Below are positions 37,664 to 49,303 of a stretch of DNA of 64,000 bases, in pieces. The position numbers and the translations under genes are program-made. The stretch covers positions 64,001 to 128,000 of the forward strand of contig JBJBCN010000002.1 of NCBI GenBank assembly GCA_047285805.1. The letters are read 5' to 3'. The DNA is from Synechococcus sp. GTDB taxonomy: Bacteria; Cyanobacteriota; Cyanobacteriia; PCC-6307; Cyanobiaceae. Below the pieces are notes generated by a model. That model was not told the DNA's origin. It saw only the letters and a program-made list of their open reading frames with translations, and did not search any database. Positions within the stretch are counted from its first letter, which is position 1, and every line of letters begins with the position of its first letter.

Positions 37664-38011
37664 ATGAGTCCACGCAAGACCTACATCCTCAAGCTCTATG
37701 TGGCGGGGAACACGCCGAACTCGATGCGTGCACTCAAAACCTTGCGAAACATCCTGGATACGGAGTTTCAAGGGGTGTATGCGTTGAAGGTGATTGATGT
37801 GCTTAAGAACCCTCAGCTGGCCGAAGAAGACAAGATTCTGGCGACGCCCACGCTCTCGAAAATTCTTCCGCCGCCCGTGCGCCGGATTATCGGCGACTTG
37901 TCAGATAGAGAAAGGGTTTTGATTGGTTTGGACCTCTTGTTTGAAGAGCTCAGTGATGAGGCCTTGGCTGAGTCTTTTGTCGATGAGAACGTGGTGGGAG
38001 ACCTTGTGTGA
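37664..38011 (+). CDS. kaiB: Circadian clock protein KaiB
   Basis: [42 protein letters not shown] upstream. Confidence 0.97.
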   Translation: MSPRKTYILKLYVAGNTPNSMRALKTLRNILDTEFQGVYALKVIDVLKNPQLAEEDKILATPTLSKILPPPVRRIIGDLSDRERVLIGLDLLFEELSDEALAESFVDENVVGDLV

Positions 38012-38088
38012 AAACCCAGTTCAAACCCTTGAGAAAGGCTGCCAGAGTCACGAAAACTCTCTAAATTTTCAGTAGGACAACACCTTCC

Positions 38089-39630
38089 ATGCAGGATCCA
38101 AGCCCGCAACCCAAAAGCCTGTCCTCGCTCCAGAAGCTGCCTACAGGGATCGAGGGCTTTGATGATGTTTGCCAGGGGGGCTTGCCAATTGGTCGCTCCA
38201 CGCTGATCAGTGGCACCTCGGGTACGGGTAAGACGGTCTTCTCGCTGAACTTCCTCTACAACGGTATTCGTCAGTTCGACGAGCCCGGCATTTTTGTCAC
38301 GTTTGAAGAGTCGCCGCTCGACATTCTCCGTAACGCCGCCAGCTTTGGCTGGAATCTTCAGGAGATGGTCGAGCAGGACAAATTGTTCCTGCTCGATGCT
38401 TCTCCGGATCCTGAAGGACAGGACGTTGCCGGCAGTTTTGACCTCTCGGGTCTGATCGAGCGGATCAACTACGCGATTCGAAAGTACAAGGCCCGGCGCG
38501 TGGCGATCGATTCGATCACGGCGGTCTTTCAGCAGTACGACGCGGTGTCGGTCGTCCGCCGCGAAATCTTCCGCTTGATTGCTCGCCTCAAGGAGATCGG
38601 TGTTACCACGGTGATGACCACCGAGCGCATTGATGAGTACGGCCCGATTGCCCGCTACGGGGTTGAGGAGTTCGTGAGCGACAACGTTGTGATCCTCCGC
38701 AACGTGCTGGAGGGTGAGCGGCGCCGACGCACGGTGGAGATCTTGAAGCTGCGCGGCACGACCCACATGAAGGGCGAATTCCCCTTCACCATGGGCTCCC
38801 ACGGCATCAGTGTCTTCCCGCTGGGGGCGATGCGCTTGACCCAGCGCAGCTCCAATGTGCGTGTTAGTTCGGGCGTCCCCCGCATAGATGAGATGTGCGG
38901 TGGTGGCTTCTTCAAGGACTCGATCATTCTGGCCACCGGTGCCACTGGTACGGGAAAGACCCTGCTGGTCAGCAAATTTGTAGAAAACGCCTGCGCCAAC
39001 AAGGAGCGGGCGATCCTGTTCGCCTACGAGGAATCCCGCGCTCAACTGCTGCGCAATGCCACCAGTTGGGGCATTGATTTTGAAGACATGGAGCGCCAGG
39101 GCCTCCTCAAAATCATCTGTGCCTATCCGGAGTCAACGGGCCTCGAGGATCACCTTCAGATCATTAAAACGGAAATCAGTCAGTTCAAGCCATCTCGGAT
39201 GGCCATTGACTCCCTCTCGGCCTTGGCTCGCGGCGTTAGTCACAACGCCTTCAGGCAGTTTGTGATTGGTGTGACCGGCTACGCCAAGCAGGAGGAGATT
39301 GCCGGCTTCTTTACTAATACCTCTGAAGAATTTATGGGGAGCCACTCCATTACGGACTCCCATATTTCGACGATCACAGACACCATCCTCTTGCTGCAGT
39401 ACGTCGAGATCCGCGGTGAAATGGCCCGTGCGCTCAATGTCTTCAAGATGCGTGGTTCCTGGCACGACAAGGGAATCCGAGAATTTGTGATCACCAGCAA
39501 CGGGCCTGAAATTAAAGATTCCTTCTCTAATTTTGAGCGGATCATTAGCGGTGTCCCGCACCGCATCAATCACGATGAGCGAAGCGAACTCTCGCGCATC
39601 GTGAAAGGCGTGGGTGAGGATCAGTTCTAG
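38089..39630 (+). CDS. kaiC: Circadian clock protein KaiC
   Basis: Two RecA-like domains (GTSGTGKT, GATGTGKT), phospho-site context HISTITDT. Confidence 0.97.
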   Translation: MQDPSPQPKSLSSLQKLPTGIEGFDDVCQGGLPIGRSTLISGTSGTGKTVFSLNFLYNGIRQFDEPGIFVTFEESPLDILRNAASFGWNLQEMVEQDKLFLLDASPDPEGQDVAGSFDLSGLIERINYAIRKYKARRVAIDSITAVFQQYDAVSVVRREIFRLIARLKEIGVTTVMTTERIDEYGPIARYGVEEFVSDNVVILRNVLEGERRRRTVEILKLRGTTHMKGEFPFTMGSHGISVFPLGAMRLTQRSSNVRVSSGVPRIDEMCGGGFFKDSIILATGATGTGKTLLVSKFVENACANKERAILFAYEESRAQLLRNATSWGIDFEDMERQGLLKIICAYPESTGLEDHLQIIKTEISQFKPSRMAIDSLSALARGVSHNAFRQFVIGVTGYAKQEEIAGFFTNTSEEFMGSHSITDSHISTITDTILLLQYVEIRGEMARALNVFKMRGSWHDKGIREFVITSNGPEIKDSFSNFERIISGVPHRINHDERSELSRIVKGVGEDQF

Positions 39631-41639
39631 ATCCCGTCCCCCAAATTGCTGCTGTTGCGCCGCTCGGCTTGGAGGCGCAGTTCCGTGTCGTCGGCATCCT
39701 CCAGGGGGAGGTCAAACCAGAAGGTGGTGCCCACATTGAGTTCGCTCACCATGCGAATCATGGCGCCGTGTTTCTCGAGGATGCCCCGCACAATCGATAG
39801 GCCCAGGCCAGTTCCGACTTCGGTGTGAACGGCATTCTCGACCCGGTAGAAGCGATCGAAAATCTTCTCTTGATCTTCGCGGGAGATGCCTGAGCCGGTG
39901 TCGGAGATCTCCACCCGCAGCTTTGGCAAGGGCGCGGTCAGTTGGCAGGCGGGGTTCTCCGGATTGGAAGCCGTGCTGGGGTCGATGGTGCAGGTGTCTG
40001 GCCATGGGTAGGCCCGCAGGCTGAGGCTGCCCCCGGCGGCCGTGAATTTCAGGCCGTTGCCCACGAGGTTGTCCAAGACCTGCAGCAGCAGGTCCCAGTT
40101 GCCACGAACCCGTGGCAACTCCTCGCGGGCATGCAGTTCGAGGGCGACGCCTTTTTCCTTGGCGTTCAGTTTGTAGTTCCGCAGGGTCTGCTCCATCGCC
40201 AGGGGCAGTTCCATCGCTTCCATCGACCAGGCCCGATCGCTCTCCAGTCGGGAGAGATCGAGAACGTCATTCACCAGTCGGGTGAGGCGATCGGTTTCGG
40301 CATTGGCGATGGCCAGGAAGTCACGCCGGTCCTCCTCGCTGAGCTGCTCGCCCATGTCATGGAGGGTTTCGACGTAGCTCTTGATGTTGAACAGCGGTGT
40401 CCGTAGCTCGTGGGAGACGTTGCTGATGAAACGGCTCTGGGCGGCGTTGAGTTCCACCTCCCGGGTTAGGTCCTGGATGGTGACTGCGATGCCCTTGAGG
40501 GTTTCGCCGCTGGCATCACGCACCGACTGAAAGACGATGCGCAGGGTGCGGGACGGTTCGCCGAAGCTGCAGCGCACGTCCGTGCTCTCTTTGTCGTTCT
40601 CCAGCAGGCTCTCGAGAGGAGTCTGCAGCTCGACATTGAGACCCTCGGGCAGTTCATCCATCAGTCGGGTGCCCTCCAGATTGCGGCCCTCCCAGCGGAA
40701 GAGGCGCCGGGCGGTTGGATTCACCAGCACCACCCGGCCTGCGGAATCCAGCAGCAAGGCCCCATCCGCCATGGTGGCGATCAGGGATTGTTGCTTCACC
40801 TGTGCCGCGGTCAGTTCCTCGATGTTGGCTTCGTTGTAGGCCTCCAGCTGGGAGGCCATGTCGTTAAAGCCGTCCAGCAGTTCGCCCAATTCCCCGCCCA
40901 CAGGCAGGCCGATCCGGGCTTCGAAATCCCCTCCTGCAATCGAGCGCACGCCCCGCAGCAACTCCTTCACCGGTTGGGTGATGGTCAGGGCGTTGAAGAC
41001 CGCTCCCAGGATCACCAGGATCCAGATCGAAATGAAGACCGCCACGGTCACCTCGCGGCTCAAGGCTGCACTGGCCAGGGCGGCTTCGTTGGGGTTGATC
41101 CCCAGGGCGAGCACACCCATGTAGCGCCCATTGGTCACAAGGGGAACAAAGACATCGGTGACCTGGCCGTCGGGGGTGAGATGCTGACGGATCAGCGGGT
41201 TCTGCGGACGCTTGGAGAGTTCCGCGGGCAACTCCAATTTGCGGCTGAGCAGCAGCTCACTGCTGCCCGTGGTGCCGCTGATCGGGATCCCGAGGTAGAT
41301 GACCCCATCGGGGTCCGCGAAGAAGATGTAGCGAAGGCTTCGGCTGGATTTCCAGAACCGCTCGGCGACGGCGGCCAGCTCACGGTCGTTGCCCTGAGCC
41401 ACCAATGGCGTGAGGTTGGCGGATAGCAGTAGTCCCAGGTCGCGGGCATAGCGGGTGTCGCTCATGCGTACATCCGCCTGGATGCCATTCAGCGCAAAAA
41501 AAGTAATGGCTGTCATCACCAGGCTGACCACCAGGGTCGCGGCCGCCAGCAACTTGGTCTGGAGGCTGAATTCCGCCCACCAGCGCACCAGGCTCTGCCA
41601 CCAACGGCGAGGGGCAAGCGGGGCGGAGCTGCTGGTCAA
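39627..41639 (-). CDS. nblS: Sensor histidine kinase NblS/Hik33 (HAMP-PAS-HisKA-HATPase)
   Basis: EFSLQTKLL, two TM helices, HAMP, PAS, SHELRTPLFNIKS, GTGLGL. Confidence 0.9.
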   Translation of the reverse strand: MTSSSAPLAPRRWWQSLVRWWAEFSLQTKLLAAATLVVSLVMTAITFFALNGIQADVRMSDTRYARDLGLLLSANLTPLVAQGNDRELAAVAERFWKSSRSLRYIFFADPDGVIYLGIPISGTTGSSELLLSRKLELPAELSKRPQNPLIRQHLTPDGQVTDVFVPLVTNGRYMGVLALGINPNEAALASAALSREVTVAVFISIWILVILGAVFNALTITQPVKELLRGVRSIAGGDFEARIGLPVGGELGELLDGFNDMASQLEAYNEANIEELTAAQVKQQSLIATMADGALLLDSAGRVVLVNPTARRLFRWEGRNLEGTRLMDELPEGLNVELQTPLESLLENDKESTDVRCSFGEPSRTLRIVFQSVRDASGETLKGIAVTIQDLTREVELNAAQSRFISNVSHELRTPLFNIKSYVETLHDMGEQLSEEDRRDFLAIANAETDRLTRLVNDVLDLSRLESDRAWSMEAMELPLAMEQTLRNYKLNAKEKGVALELHAREELPRVRGNWDLLLQVLDNLVGNGLKFTAAGGSLSLRAYPWPDTCTIDPSTASNPENPACQLTAPLPKLRVEISDTGSGISREDQEKIFDRFYRVENAVHTEVGTGLGLSIVRGILEKHGAMIRMVSELNVGTTFWFDLPLEDADDTELRLQAERRNSSNLGDGI

Positions 41640-41663
41640 AGCGCTTAGATCGGCCGCGGCAGC

Positions 41664-42956
41664 TTAGTTGCTGCGTACCTGGTGGCCGATGTCCCGTCGG
41701 TAGGTGATGCCCTCAAAGTGCACCTGTTTCAGCCCGGCGTAGGCCTTGGCAAAGGCAGTATCAAAGTCACCGGCTTGGGCCACCATCGCCAACACGCGGC
41801 CCCCATTGGTGTGGCAGATCCCGGCGTCATCCCGGCGGGTGCCGGCATGGAAGAGCTGCAGATCGGCCCCGTTCTCCATCTGGCTGGCGATGGGCTCGCC
41901 CTTCCGGATCTCCCCGGGATACCCCTGGGCGGCGGCGATCACGCAGGCGCTGCACTGCTCGGTGATCGTCAAGGTGGGGGCCGTTGCCAATTGTCCGGTC
42001 GCGCAGGCCAGCAGCACCGCCGCGAACTCCGGTCCCATCAGCGGCATCAAGGTCTCGCACTCCGGATCGCCGAATCGGCAGTTGAACTCGATCACACTTG
42101 GTCCGGTCTCGGTGAGCATCAGCCCCGCGTAGATCACGCCGCGGTAGCTGATCCCCCGGGCCTGGAGAGCCGCCAGGGCGGGCTCAAGCACGAGCCGCTT
42201 CACCTCTTCGAGACCGGCCTGATCAAGCAGCGGTGCCGGGGCGTAGGCCCCCATTCCCCCGGTGTTCGGGCCGACGTCGCCCTCACCGATGCGTTTGTGG
42301 TCCTGGGCGGGGGGCAGCAGCACCATCTGCTCTCCATCACTAAGGGCAAAGACCGAGACCTCGGGGCCATGGGTGCGTTCCTCCAAGACCAGGGAGGCGT
42401 CCCCGCCGAAGCGTCCCGCAAAGATCTCCTCAATGGCTGTGCGGGCCTCCTCCACGCTCTCGGCCACGGTCACACCCTTGCCGGCGGCCAGTCCATCGGC
42501 CTTCACCACCAGGGGCTTGCCTTGGGACTCGAGGGCGCTGAGGGCTTCGTCGCGGCTGTTGGCTTTCCAGTAACCGGCTGTGGGGATCCCGGCCTCCACC
42601 ATCAGTGCCTTGGCCCACTGCTTGCTGGCCTCCAACTGGGCGCCGTCCGCGCCCGGCCCAAACACGGCGAATCCAGCTTCCCGGAGCCGATCCGCCAGGC
42701 CGGCGGCGAGGGGGGCTTCGGGGCCCACCACCACCAAATCAATGTTCTTCTCCTGGCAGGTCTCTAGCAGGGCCTCCTGATCGCCCTCGATAATGGCCAG
42801 CTGAATGCAGCCCTGGAGTTCCGCGGTGCCGCCATTGCCGGGGGCCACCCAGACCTTTTGGACGCCGGTGCTGCGGGCGAGGGCCCAGGCCAAGGCGTTC
42901 TCCCGTCCGCCCCCTCCGACGACCAGCACGTGTTGCGGGGTAACGGTCGCGGTCAT
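41664..42956 (-). CDS. purD: Phosphoribosylamine--glycine ligase
   Basis: [42 protein letters not shown]. Confidence 0.96.
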   Translation of the reverse strand: MTATVTPQHVLVVGGGGRENALAWALARSTGVQKVWVAPGNGGTAELQGCIQLAIIEGDQEALLETCQEKNIDLVVVGPEAPLAAGLADRLREAGFAVFGPGADGAQLEASKQWAKALMVEAGIPTAGYWKANSRDEALSALESQGKPLVVKADGLAAGKGVTVAESVEEARTAIEEIFAGRFGGDASLVLEERTHGPEVSVFALSDGEQMVLLPPAQDHKRIGEGDVGPNTGGMGAYAPAPLLDQAGLEEVKRLVLEPALAALQARGISYRGVIYAGLMLTETGPSVIEFNCRFGDPECETLMPLMGPEFAAVLLACATGQLATAPTLTITEQCSACVIAAAQGYPGEIRKGEPIASQMENGADLQLFHAGTRRDDAGICHTNGGRVLAMVAQAGDFDTAFAKAYAGLKQVHFEGITYRRDIGHQVRSN

Positions 42957-43059
42957 GGAGGGCTGGAGGCGGTTGGTCAGTTCGGTGATCAGAGCGGTGA
43001 GCTCCCCTAGGTTGTTCCCCAGAAGACTGCTCCGGGTGCCTTTCCTTCTTTACTCGCGG

Positions 43060-44085
43060 GTGGAGGCGCGTCGCAGGCCGCCTTGGGGCGTGGTGCTGGC
43101 GCTCCTGCAATTTCTCCTGGTTGCACCGCAGCCGGCCGATGCGAAGTTGCCCTTCATCGGCGACTTGTTTCGCGCCCAACCGAAGCCGAAGGTTCAGGGG
43201 CCGTCTGCCCCGGAGATCGAGGGCAGTACCCCAGAAGCCGAGTTTCACAAACTTCTCAAAAGCGGAGACCTAAGGGCACTAAACCTGGCCTGCCAGGAGG
43301 CTGCCAGTTTGGACTTTGTGACCCGCCTGCGCTTGCTGCAGCAGCGGCTGCTGACGGTGGCTCCGCCGCCCCAGCCCTTCCCGGTGGTGTTGATGAATGC
43401 CGATGCCCTGCTCAGCTGCAGGGCCCCGGATGCGGCCCTGGATGTGCTCAACCGCTTTGGCCCGGCCCCAGGCGTGGAGCGTGAGCAGTGGTTGGTCCAG
43501 CGTTGGCGTGCCGCTCAAGCCGGCTTGCATCACGCCCTGGCGGCGCGTCTCCTGGAACAACTGACGGCTGCAGACCCAGAACGGCTGGAAACCCTGGCCC
43601 TACCGATTCGAGTGAATGAGGACGGCACGGTGGTGACCCGGCCCGCCCTCGATCTCTATGTAGAGCACCTTTTGGTCTTGGAGCGCCGTCAGGAGGCCGC
43701 GGCACTGCTGCTGGCTGGGCAGCGTTCCAGGCAAGTGGCCGCCGAGCGGCTGAGTCAAGCGGTTGCCCTGCTCGAGCATCTCCCCATGGCGGAGCGCGAT
43801 CAGCTGATGGAGCGGGCCCTGGATCAGGCGGCCGCTGCACAGGCCTGGGGTTTGGCGATCGCGCTGTTGGAGCAGCAGCGGAGCCTGATCGAATCTGAGA
43901 CGCCTGGTGCGGTTGCGGAGCGTTCGCGCGCCCGTTTGATGCGCCTCAGCCAGCGCCTGGATGATGCTTACAGCGCGTGGGCCATCAAGCGAGAAGATTC
44001 TGAAGAAAGCGCCAGGGCCGACGCGTTGCAACAGCAACTGCGTTCCCCCCGCGACCCCGGAGGCCACGCCGCACCGCAACCATGA
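43060..44085 (+). CDS. Conserved hypothetical exported helical protein
   Basis: Signal-like segment, Ala/Leu helical repeats, ATGA overlap with purC; start estimated. Confidence 0.6.
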   Translation: MEARRRPPWGVVLALLQFLLVAPQPADAKLPFIGDLFRAQPKPKVQGPSAPEIEGSTPEAEFHKLLKSGDLRALNLACQEAASLDFVTRLRLLQQRLLTVAPPPQPFPVVLMNADALLSCRAPDAALDVLNRFGPAPGVEREQWLVQRWRAAQAGLHHALAARLLEQLTAADPERLETLALPIRVNEDGTVVTRPALDLYVEHLLVLERRQEAAALLLAGQRSRQVAAERLSQAVALLEHLPMAERDQLMERALDQAAAAQAWGLAIALLEQQRSLIESETPGAVAERSRARLMRLSQRLDDAYSAWAIKREDSEESARADALQQQLRSPRDPGGHAAPQP

Positions 44086-44840
44086 CCGCTTACACCCTCG
44101 GATCGCTCCTCTATGAAGGCAAGGCCAAGCGCGTCTACCAGACTGATCAAACCGATTTTGTGGCGGTTGAATACAAGGACGACGCCACCGCCTTCAACTC
44201 CTTGAAAAAGGCCCAGCTGGCGGGCAAGGGGCTGATGAACTGTCAGATCTCCGCGCGGCTGTTTGAGTTCCTCGAGCGCGAGGGGATTGCGACCCACTAC
44301 CTGTCTATGCAGGAACCCAACTGGATGTTGGTGAAGCCGGTTCAGATCGTTCCGGTGGAGGTTGTAGTGCGGAATATCGCCTTTGGTTCCCTCTGCAAGC
44401 AGATGCCGATCGAGCCCGGTACCCCGCTGGATCCACCCCTGCTCGATCTGTATTACAAGGACGACGCCTATGGCGATCCTCTGCTGACGGACGCGCGGCT
44501 GGAGCGTCTGGGTGTGCTGACCGCTCCGCAGCGCCAGGAGCTGGAGCGCCTTGCCATGGCTGTGAACATCTCCCTACGGCGCTTCTTCGCCGAGATCGCC
44601 TTGGAGCTGGTGGACTTCAAGATCGAGCTGGGATTCACCACATACGGTCAACTGGTGGTTGCCGATGAGATCAGTCCCGACACCTGCCGGCTCTGGGATC
44701 GCAACGTCAGCGGTGATGCCCAGGAGCGAATTTTGGACAAAGACCGTTTCCGCCAGGATCTCGGCGGTGTGGTCGAGGCCTACGGGAAGGTTCTCAAACG
44801 GGTCCAAGCCGCCTGCCCAGCACCCCGGTCGGGCAAGTAA
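44082..44840 (+). CDS. purC: SAICAR synthetase
   Basis: [42 protein letters not shown]. Confidence 0.96.
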   Translation: MTAYTLGSLLYEGKAKRVYQTDQTDFVAVEYKDDATAFNSLKKAQLAGKGLMNCQISARLFEFLEREGIATHYLSMQEPNWMLVKPVQIVPVEVVVRNIAFGSLCKQMPIEPGTPLDPPLLDLYYKDDAYGDPLLTDARLERLGVLTAPQRQELERLAMAVNISLRRFFAEIALELVDFKIELGFTTYGQLVVADEISPDTCRLWDRNVSGDAQERILDKDRFRQDLGGVVEAYGKVLKRVQAACPAPRSGK

Positions 44841-44881
44841 GTTCGGCGGCATTTGCGGTTCGCCGCACTAGTCCCCGTTCC

Positions 44882-47143
44882 ATGGCTGCACCCCGCAACG
44901 GCAAGAACCACACATGGAGCCTGGGGCTCGCATTGACTCTGCCTCTGGTGGCTGGGGTTGGTCCGGTGTGGGCGCAGGACACAAACCCCGAACCTGAGGA
45001 TCCTGCTCCGACCGAGCAACCGGCCTCTGAGACGCCCAGTATTCGGCCCTCGCTTGCCCCCAGCGCGGGCGAGTCCCTGGCGCCTGCCGCACCCGCTGAG
45101 CCCAGGGTTCTGATCAGCGAGGTGGTAGTCCAGGGGGCCGAGGGGCACCCGGAACAGGCGCGAATGGAGATCGCGGTCTACGACGGGATGGCCACACGCC
45201 CCGGCAGCCGCGTCACCCGCGGCGAACTGCAGACCGACCTCGCGGCGATCTACGCCAGCGGCTGGTTCTCCGATGTCCGCATCCAGCCGGTCGATAGCCC
45301 CCTGGGGGTGCAGCTGGTGGTCACCGTTGTGCCGAACCCGGTGCTCACCAAGGTGGAACTCGAGGGGGTCAGCGCGACCACCAAGCTTCCCGAGAACCTT
45401 CTTCCCGACATCTTTGCTGCGGACTATGGCAAAACCCTGAATCTCAATGCCCTGCAGGCGCGCATTGCCGAGCTCCAGAAGTGGTATGCCGATCAGGGGT
45501 ATTCCTTGGCTCGGGTGACGGGCCCCACCCGCGTCAGCCCCGCTGGTGTCGTGCAGCTGCTTGTACGTGAGGGCACCGTCGCCGGTGTTGAAGTGCAGTT
45601 CCTCAACAATGAGGGGGACAGCACCAACGAAAAGGGCCAGCCGATTCGCGGCAAAACCAAAACCTGGGTGGTTACTCGGGAGATTTCGATCAAGGCCGGC
45701 GACACCTTCAACCGCCGCCAACTCGAAGACGACATTAAGCGCCTCTACCGCACCGGCCTGTTCGGTGACGTCAAGGTCACCCTCCGCCCCGTGGCCGGTG
45801 AGCCGGGGGCCGTCACGATCGTCCTGGGAGTGGTGGAGCAGTCCACCGGCTCCCTCTCCGGCGGTATCGGCTACAGCCAGAGCCAGGGCATCTTTGGTCA
45901 GATCCAGCTCCAGGACAGCAACCTCTTTGGACGTGCCTGGGACCTGGCCCTCAACGTCACCTATGGCCAATTCGGTGGCCTGGCGGACCTCTCCTTCACG
46001 GATCCGTGGATCAAGGGCGACAAGTACCGCACGGCCTTCCGCACCAAGGTCTTCCTGAGCCGAGAAGTTCCGCAGGTGTTCCAGAGCCAGCAGAACGGCA
46101 ACTTCTACTCCGTCTCTGATGTCTCCCAAGGCTTCTTCAACGCCCCCAGCACGGCCCTTGCGTATCAGAGCAACTCCACGGTCTTCTCTGGTCCCTATGC
46201 TTCGCCGACCGCTGCGAAGGCGACGAATCCTCAGCTCGGGGACAACAACAATTGGTTCCAGCTCGACGGCAACGCCGTGGCGATCCAGCGGATTGGAGGC
46301 ACAGCGTCCTTTGCCCGCCCCCTGAACGGCGGTGACCCTTACAAGAAGGCCCCCTGGAATGTTGTCGTTGGCCTAAACGCGCAGCAGGTTAAGCCGATCA
46401 ACTTCGCGGGGGAGGCGATGCCCTATGCCACGGCCTCCAACAACTTCACGGGCAACGGCACGACCACCGCAAGCAACGTGATTTGTGTGGCCTACAACTG
46501 CGAAAACGGCGCCACGACCAACCAATTGGTCGGCCTGCGGTTGGCGGCTTCGATGAACACCCTCAACGATCCCCGAAACCCCACCAAGGGGAACTTCCTG
46601 AGCGTTGGCACCGAGCAATTTGTCTCCGTAGGCCAAGACTCTCCGACCTTCAACCGTCTGCGGGCCAGTGCCACCCATTACATCCCGGTGAATTGGCTGA
46701 AGTTCTACAAGGGCTGCCGTCCAAAACCCGGTCAGAAGGAGGACTGCAAACAGGCCCTGGCTTTCCAAGCCTCAGTGGGCACCAACCTTGGCAACATGCC
46801 CGTTTACGAGGCCTTCTGCTTGGGTGGCTCGAACTCCGTTCGCGGCTACTACGACTGCGACCTGGGCGTGGGTAAGAGCTTCGGTGAGGCGACGGTGGAA
46901 TACCGCTTCCCGATCTTCAGCATCATCAGCGGCGAAGTCTTCGTTGACGCCGGCAGCACCTTCGGCAGCCAGGCAAATGTCCCCGGTAACCCGGGCACCC
47001 TGCTGGATAAGCCCGGCGACGGTGTGTCTCCTGGTGTGGGTGTGATTGTCACCACCCCGGTGGGTCCCCTGCGTTTGGAGGTGGCCAGCCAGGACTTCAC
47101 CGACGAATGGCGCTTCAACCTCGGCGTGGGTTGGAAGTTCTGA
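44882..47143 (+). CDS. bamA: Omp85/BamA outer-membrane protein assembly factor
   Basis: Signal peptide, three POTRA-like domains, VRGY motif, TPVGPLRL, terminal GWKF. Confidence 0.92.
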   Translation: MAAPRNGKNHTWSLGLALTLPLVAGVGPVWAQDTNPEPEDPAPTEQPASETPSIRPSLAPSAGESLAPAAPAEPRVLISEVVVQGAEGHPEQARMEIAVYDGMATRPGSRVTRGELQTDLAAIYASGWFSDVRIQPVDSPLGVQLVVTVVPNPVLTKVELEGVSATTKLPENLLPDIFAADYGKTLNLNALQARIAELQKWYADQGYSLARVTGPTRVSPAGVVQLLVREGTVAGVEVQFLNNEGDSTNEKGQPIRGKTKTWVVTREISIKAGDTFNRRQLEDDIKRLYRTGLFGDVKVTLRPVAGEPGAVTIVLGVVEQSTGSLSGGIGYSQSQGIFGQIQLQDSNLFGRAWDLALNVTYGQFGGLADLSFTDPWIKGDKYRTAFRTKVFLSREVPQVFQSQQNGNFYSVSDVSQGFFNAPSTALAYQSNSTVFSGPYASPTAAKATNPQLGDNNNWFQLDGNAVAIQRIGGTASFARPLNGGDPYKKAPWNVVVGLNAQQVKPINFAGEAMPYATASNNFTGNGTTTASNVICVAYNCENGATTNQLVGLRLAASMNTLNDPRNPTKGNFLSVGTEQFVSVGQDSPTFNRLRASATHYIPVNWLKFYKGCRPKPGQKEDCKQALAFQASVGTNLGNMPVYEAFCLGGSNSVRGYYDCDLGVGKSFGEATVEYRFPIFSIISGEVFVDAGSTFGSQANVPGNPGTLLDKPGDGVSPGVGVIVTTPVGPLRLEVASQDFTDEWRFNLGVGWKF

Positions 47144-47153
47144 GGTTGCTCCC

Positions 47154-47996
47154 GTGACAACTTGGCCCAGCGATTACAGCCAGGCTTGGACCTTGGCGAA
47201 ACCCGTGGAGCGCTCCGGTGTGGGTCTCCACAGCGGCCTTGAAGCCAAGGTGCGGCTGGAACCAGCTGAGCAGCCAGGCTTCTATGTGGGCTGGCTGAAT
47301 GCTCCCGAGCGTCCCCACGTGCGCTTGCAGCCCTCCATGGTGTGCGAGACCCAGCTATGCACGGCTCTGCAGCTCGGCGAGCAGCGCCTGGCCACCGTGG
47401 AACATCTCTTGGCGGCCCTAGCCGGTGTGGGTGTGACCTCGGCGCTGATCTTGGTGGATGGTGAGGAGATTCCCCTGCTGGATGGCTCAGCCCAGCCCTG
47501 GGTGGAAGCCTTGGCGGAAGCCGGTCTGCAGTGCCTGGGCTCCCACCCGGACTCCGTGCCCCTGAGCGAACCGATCACCCTGCAGCAGGGTCAGAGTTTC
47601 GCTATAGCGCTCCCCAGTGACCGCCTGCGGTTGGGGGCAGCCATCGAATTCCCCCACCCCGCCATTGGCCGGCAGCTGTTCAACATCGAGCTCACGCCCC
47701 AGCGCTTCGTTGAGGAGATTGCCCCCGCCAGAACTTTCGGGTTCAAGGATCAAGTTGATCAGTTGCGTGCCGCCGGCTTGATTCAGGGGGGCGCCTTGGA
47801 CAACGCCCTGGTCTGCGACGGCGAGGGTTGGCTGAATCCTCCACTGCGCTTTGCCGACGAGCCCGTGCGCCATAAGCTGCTTGACCTATTGGGCGATCTC
47901 GCCTTAGCGGGACTGCCTATGGCCCAGGTGTTCGCCTTCCGTGGTTCCCACGGACTCCACACCTCCTTGGCTGCTGCTCTGGTTTCTTCTCGCTGA
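47154..47996 (+). CDS. lpxC: UDP-3-O-acyl-N-acetylglucosamine deacetylase
   Basis: [39 protein letters not shown]. Confidence 0.95.
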   Translation: MTTWPSDYSQAWTLAKPVERSGVGLHSGLEAKVRLEPAEQPGFYVGWLNAPERPHVRLQPSMVCETQLCTALQLGEQRLATVEHLLAALAGVGVTSALILVDGEEIPLLDGSAQPWVEALAEAGLQCLGSHPDSVPLSEPITLQQGQSFAIALPSDRLRLGAAIEFPHPAIGRQLFNIELTPQRFVEEIAPARTFGFKDQVDQLRAAGLIQGGALDNALVCDGEGWLNPPLRFADEPVRHKLLDLLGDLALAGLPMAQVFAFRGSHGLHTSLAAALVSSR

Positions 47997-48001
47997 GTCT
48001 C

Positions 48002-48460
48002 TTGTCTTCATCCGCCTCCCCATCCGCCCCTGTTCTGAACAGCGAGCAGATTCAGGGACTCCTGCCTCATCGCTACCCCTTCGCCCTCGTGGATCGGGTT
48101 ATTGAGCACGAGCCGGGCAAGCGGGCGGTGGCGATCAAGAACGTCACCTTCAACGAGCCCCAGTTCCAGGGCCATTTCCCTGGTCGCCCGTTGATGCCGG
48201 GGGTCCTGATCGTTGAGGCGATGGCCCAGGTTGGGGGTTTGATCGTCACACAAATGCCAGACCTGCCCAAGGGGTTGTTTGTCTTTGCGGGCATCGATGG
48301 CGTGCGCTTCCGCCGGCCGGTCGTCCCCGGCGATCAGCTGGTGATGACTTGCGAACTGCTCTCCCTCAAGCGACAACGGTTCGGGAAAGTCAAGGCGGAG
48401 GCCACGGTGGACGGACAGCTGGTCTGCTCCGGTGAATTGATGTTCTCCTTGGTCGATTGA
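48002..48460 (+). CDS. fabZ: 3-hydroxyacyl-ACP dehydratase
   Basis: LPHRYPF.LVD, GHFP..P.MPGVL..EAMAQ. Confidence 0.96.
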   Translation: MSSSASPSAPVLNSEQIQGLLPHRYPFALVDRVIEHEPGKRAVAIKNVTFNEPQFQGHFPGRPLMPGVLIVEAMAQVGGLIVTQMPDLPKGLFVFAGIDGVRFRRPVVPGDQLVMTCELLSLKRQRFGKVKAEATVDGQLVCSGELMFSLVD

Positions 48461-48469
48461 ATTCCCCCC

Positions 48470-49303
48470 ATGACTCAGGCCGTGATGAACGGGGACAGCA
48501 CCCGAATCCATCCCACCGCCGTGGTGGATCCCAAGGCTCAGATCGACGTGTGCGTGGACATCGGTCCCTACGCCGTGGTTGGACCTGAGGTCTCGATCGG
48601 TTCAGGAACGCGCATCGGTCCACATGTGGTGCTCGATGGTCGCGTCAGCATCGGCCAGCGCAACCGCATCTTCCCGGGAGCATCCATTGGTGCTGAACCC
48701 CAGGACCTCAAATACAACGGTGCCCCCACTGAGGTAGTGATTGGCGACGACAACGCCATTCGCGAATGCGTGACCATCAATCGCGCCACCAATGAGGGAG
48801 AGCAGACCCGCATCGGCAACGGCAATCTGTTGATGGCTTACAGCCACCTGGGTCACAACTGCGACCTGGGCAACCGGATCGTGATTGCCAACGGTGTGGC
48901 CGTGGCCGGCCATGTGGTGATCGGTGATCGCGCGGTCATTGGTGGCGTCCTCGGCATCCACCAATTCGTCCACATCGGCACCATGGCGATGGTGGGTGGC
49001 ATGAGCCGCATCGACCGTGATGTGCCGCCTTACGCGATCGTCGAGGGGCATCCCGGTCGTCTGCGCGGCTTGAACCGGATTGGCTTGAAGCGCAGTGGTT
49101 TGGCCGAACTGGATGGGGGAGCGCAGACCAAGCAATTGCAGCAGGTCTGGGCGCAGCTCTATCGCGGTGATGTGGTCTTGGCTGAGGCGATCAAGGGCGT
49201 GAGGGAGCAGACACTTCTGCCCCCTGCGGAAACCCTGGTGAGCTTCCTGGAGGCTTCGATTGGCCCCGGACGCCGAGGTCCCCTGCCCGCCGGGCGTTCA
49301 TGA
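48470..49303 (+). CDS. lpxA: UDP-N-acetylglucosamine acyltransferase
   Basis: IHPTA, hexapeptide repeats, [18 protein letters not shown]. Confidence 0.95.
   Translation: MTQAVMNGDSTRIHPTAVVDPKAQIDVCVDIGPYAVVGPEVSIGSGTRIGPHVVLDGRVSIGQRNRIFPGASIGAEPQDLKYNGAPTEVVIGDDNAIRECVTINRATNEGEQTRIGNGNLLMAYSHLGHNCDLGNRIVIANGVAVAGHVVIGDRAVIGGVLGIHQFVHIGTMAMVGGMSRIDRDVPPYAIVEGHPGRLRGLNRIGLKRSGLAELDGGAQTKQLQQVWAQLYRGDVVLAEAIKGVREQTLLPPAETLVSFLEASIGPGRRGPLPAGRS

Noticed and set aside
37813..46129. Long antisense ORFs (37813..39045, 41682..42767, 44780..46129 and similar)
   Set aside because: They lie opposite kaiC, purD and bamA, have no motifs, and are expected in high-GC coding DNA.
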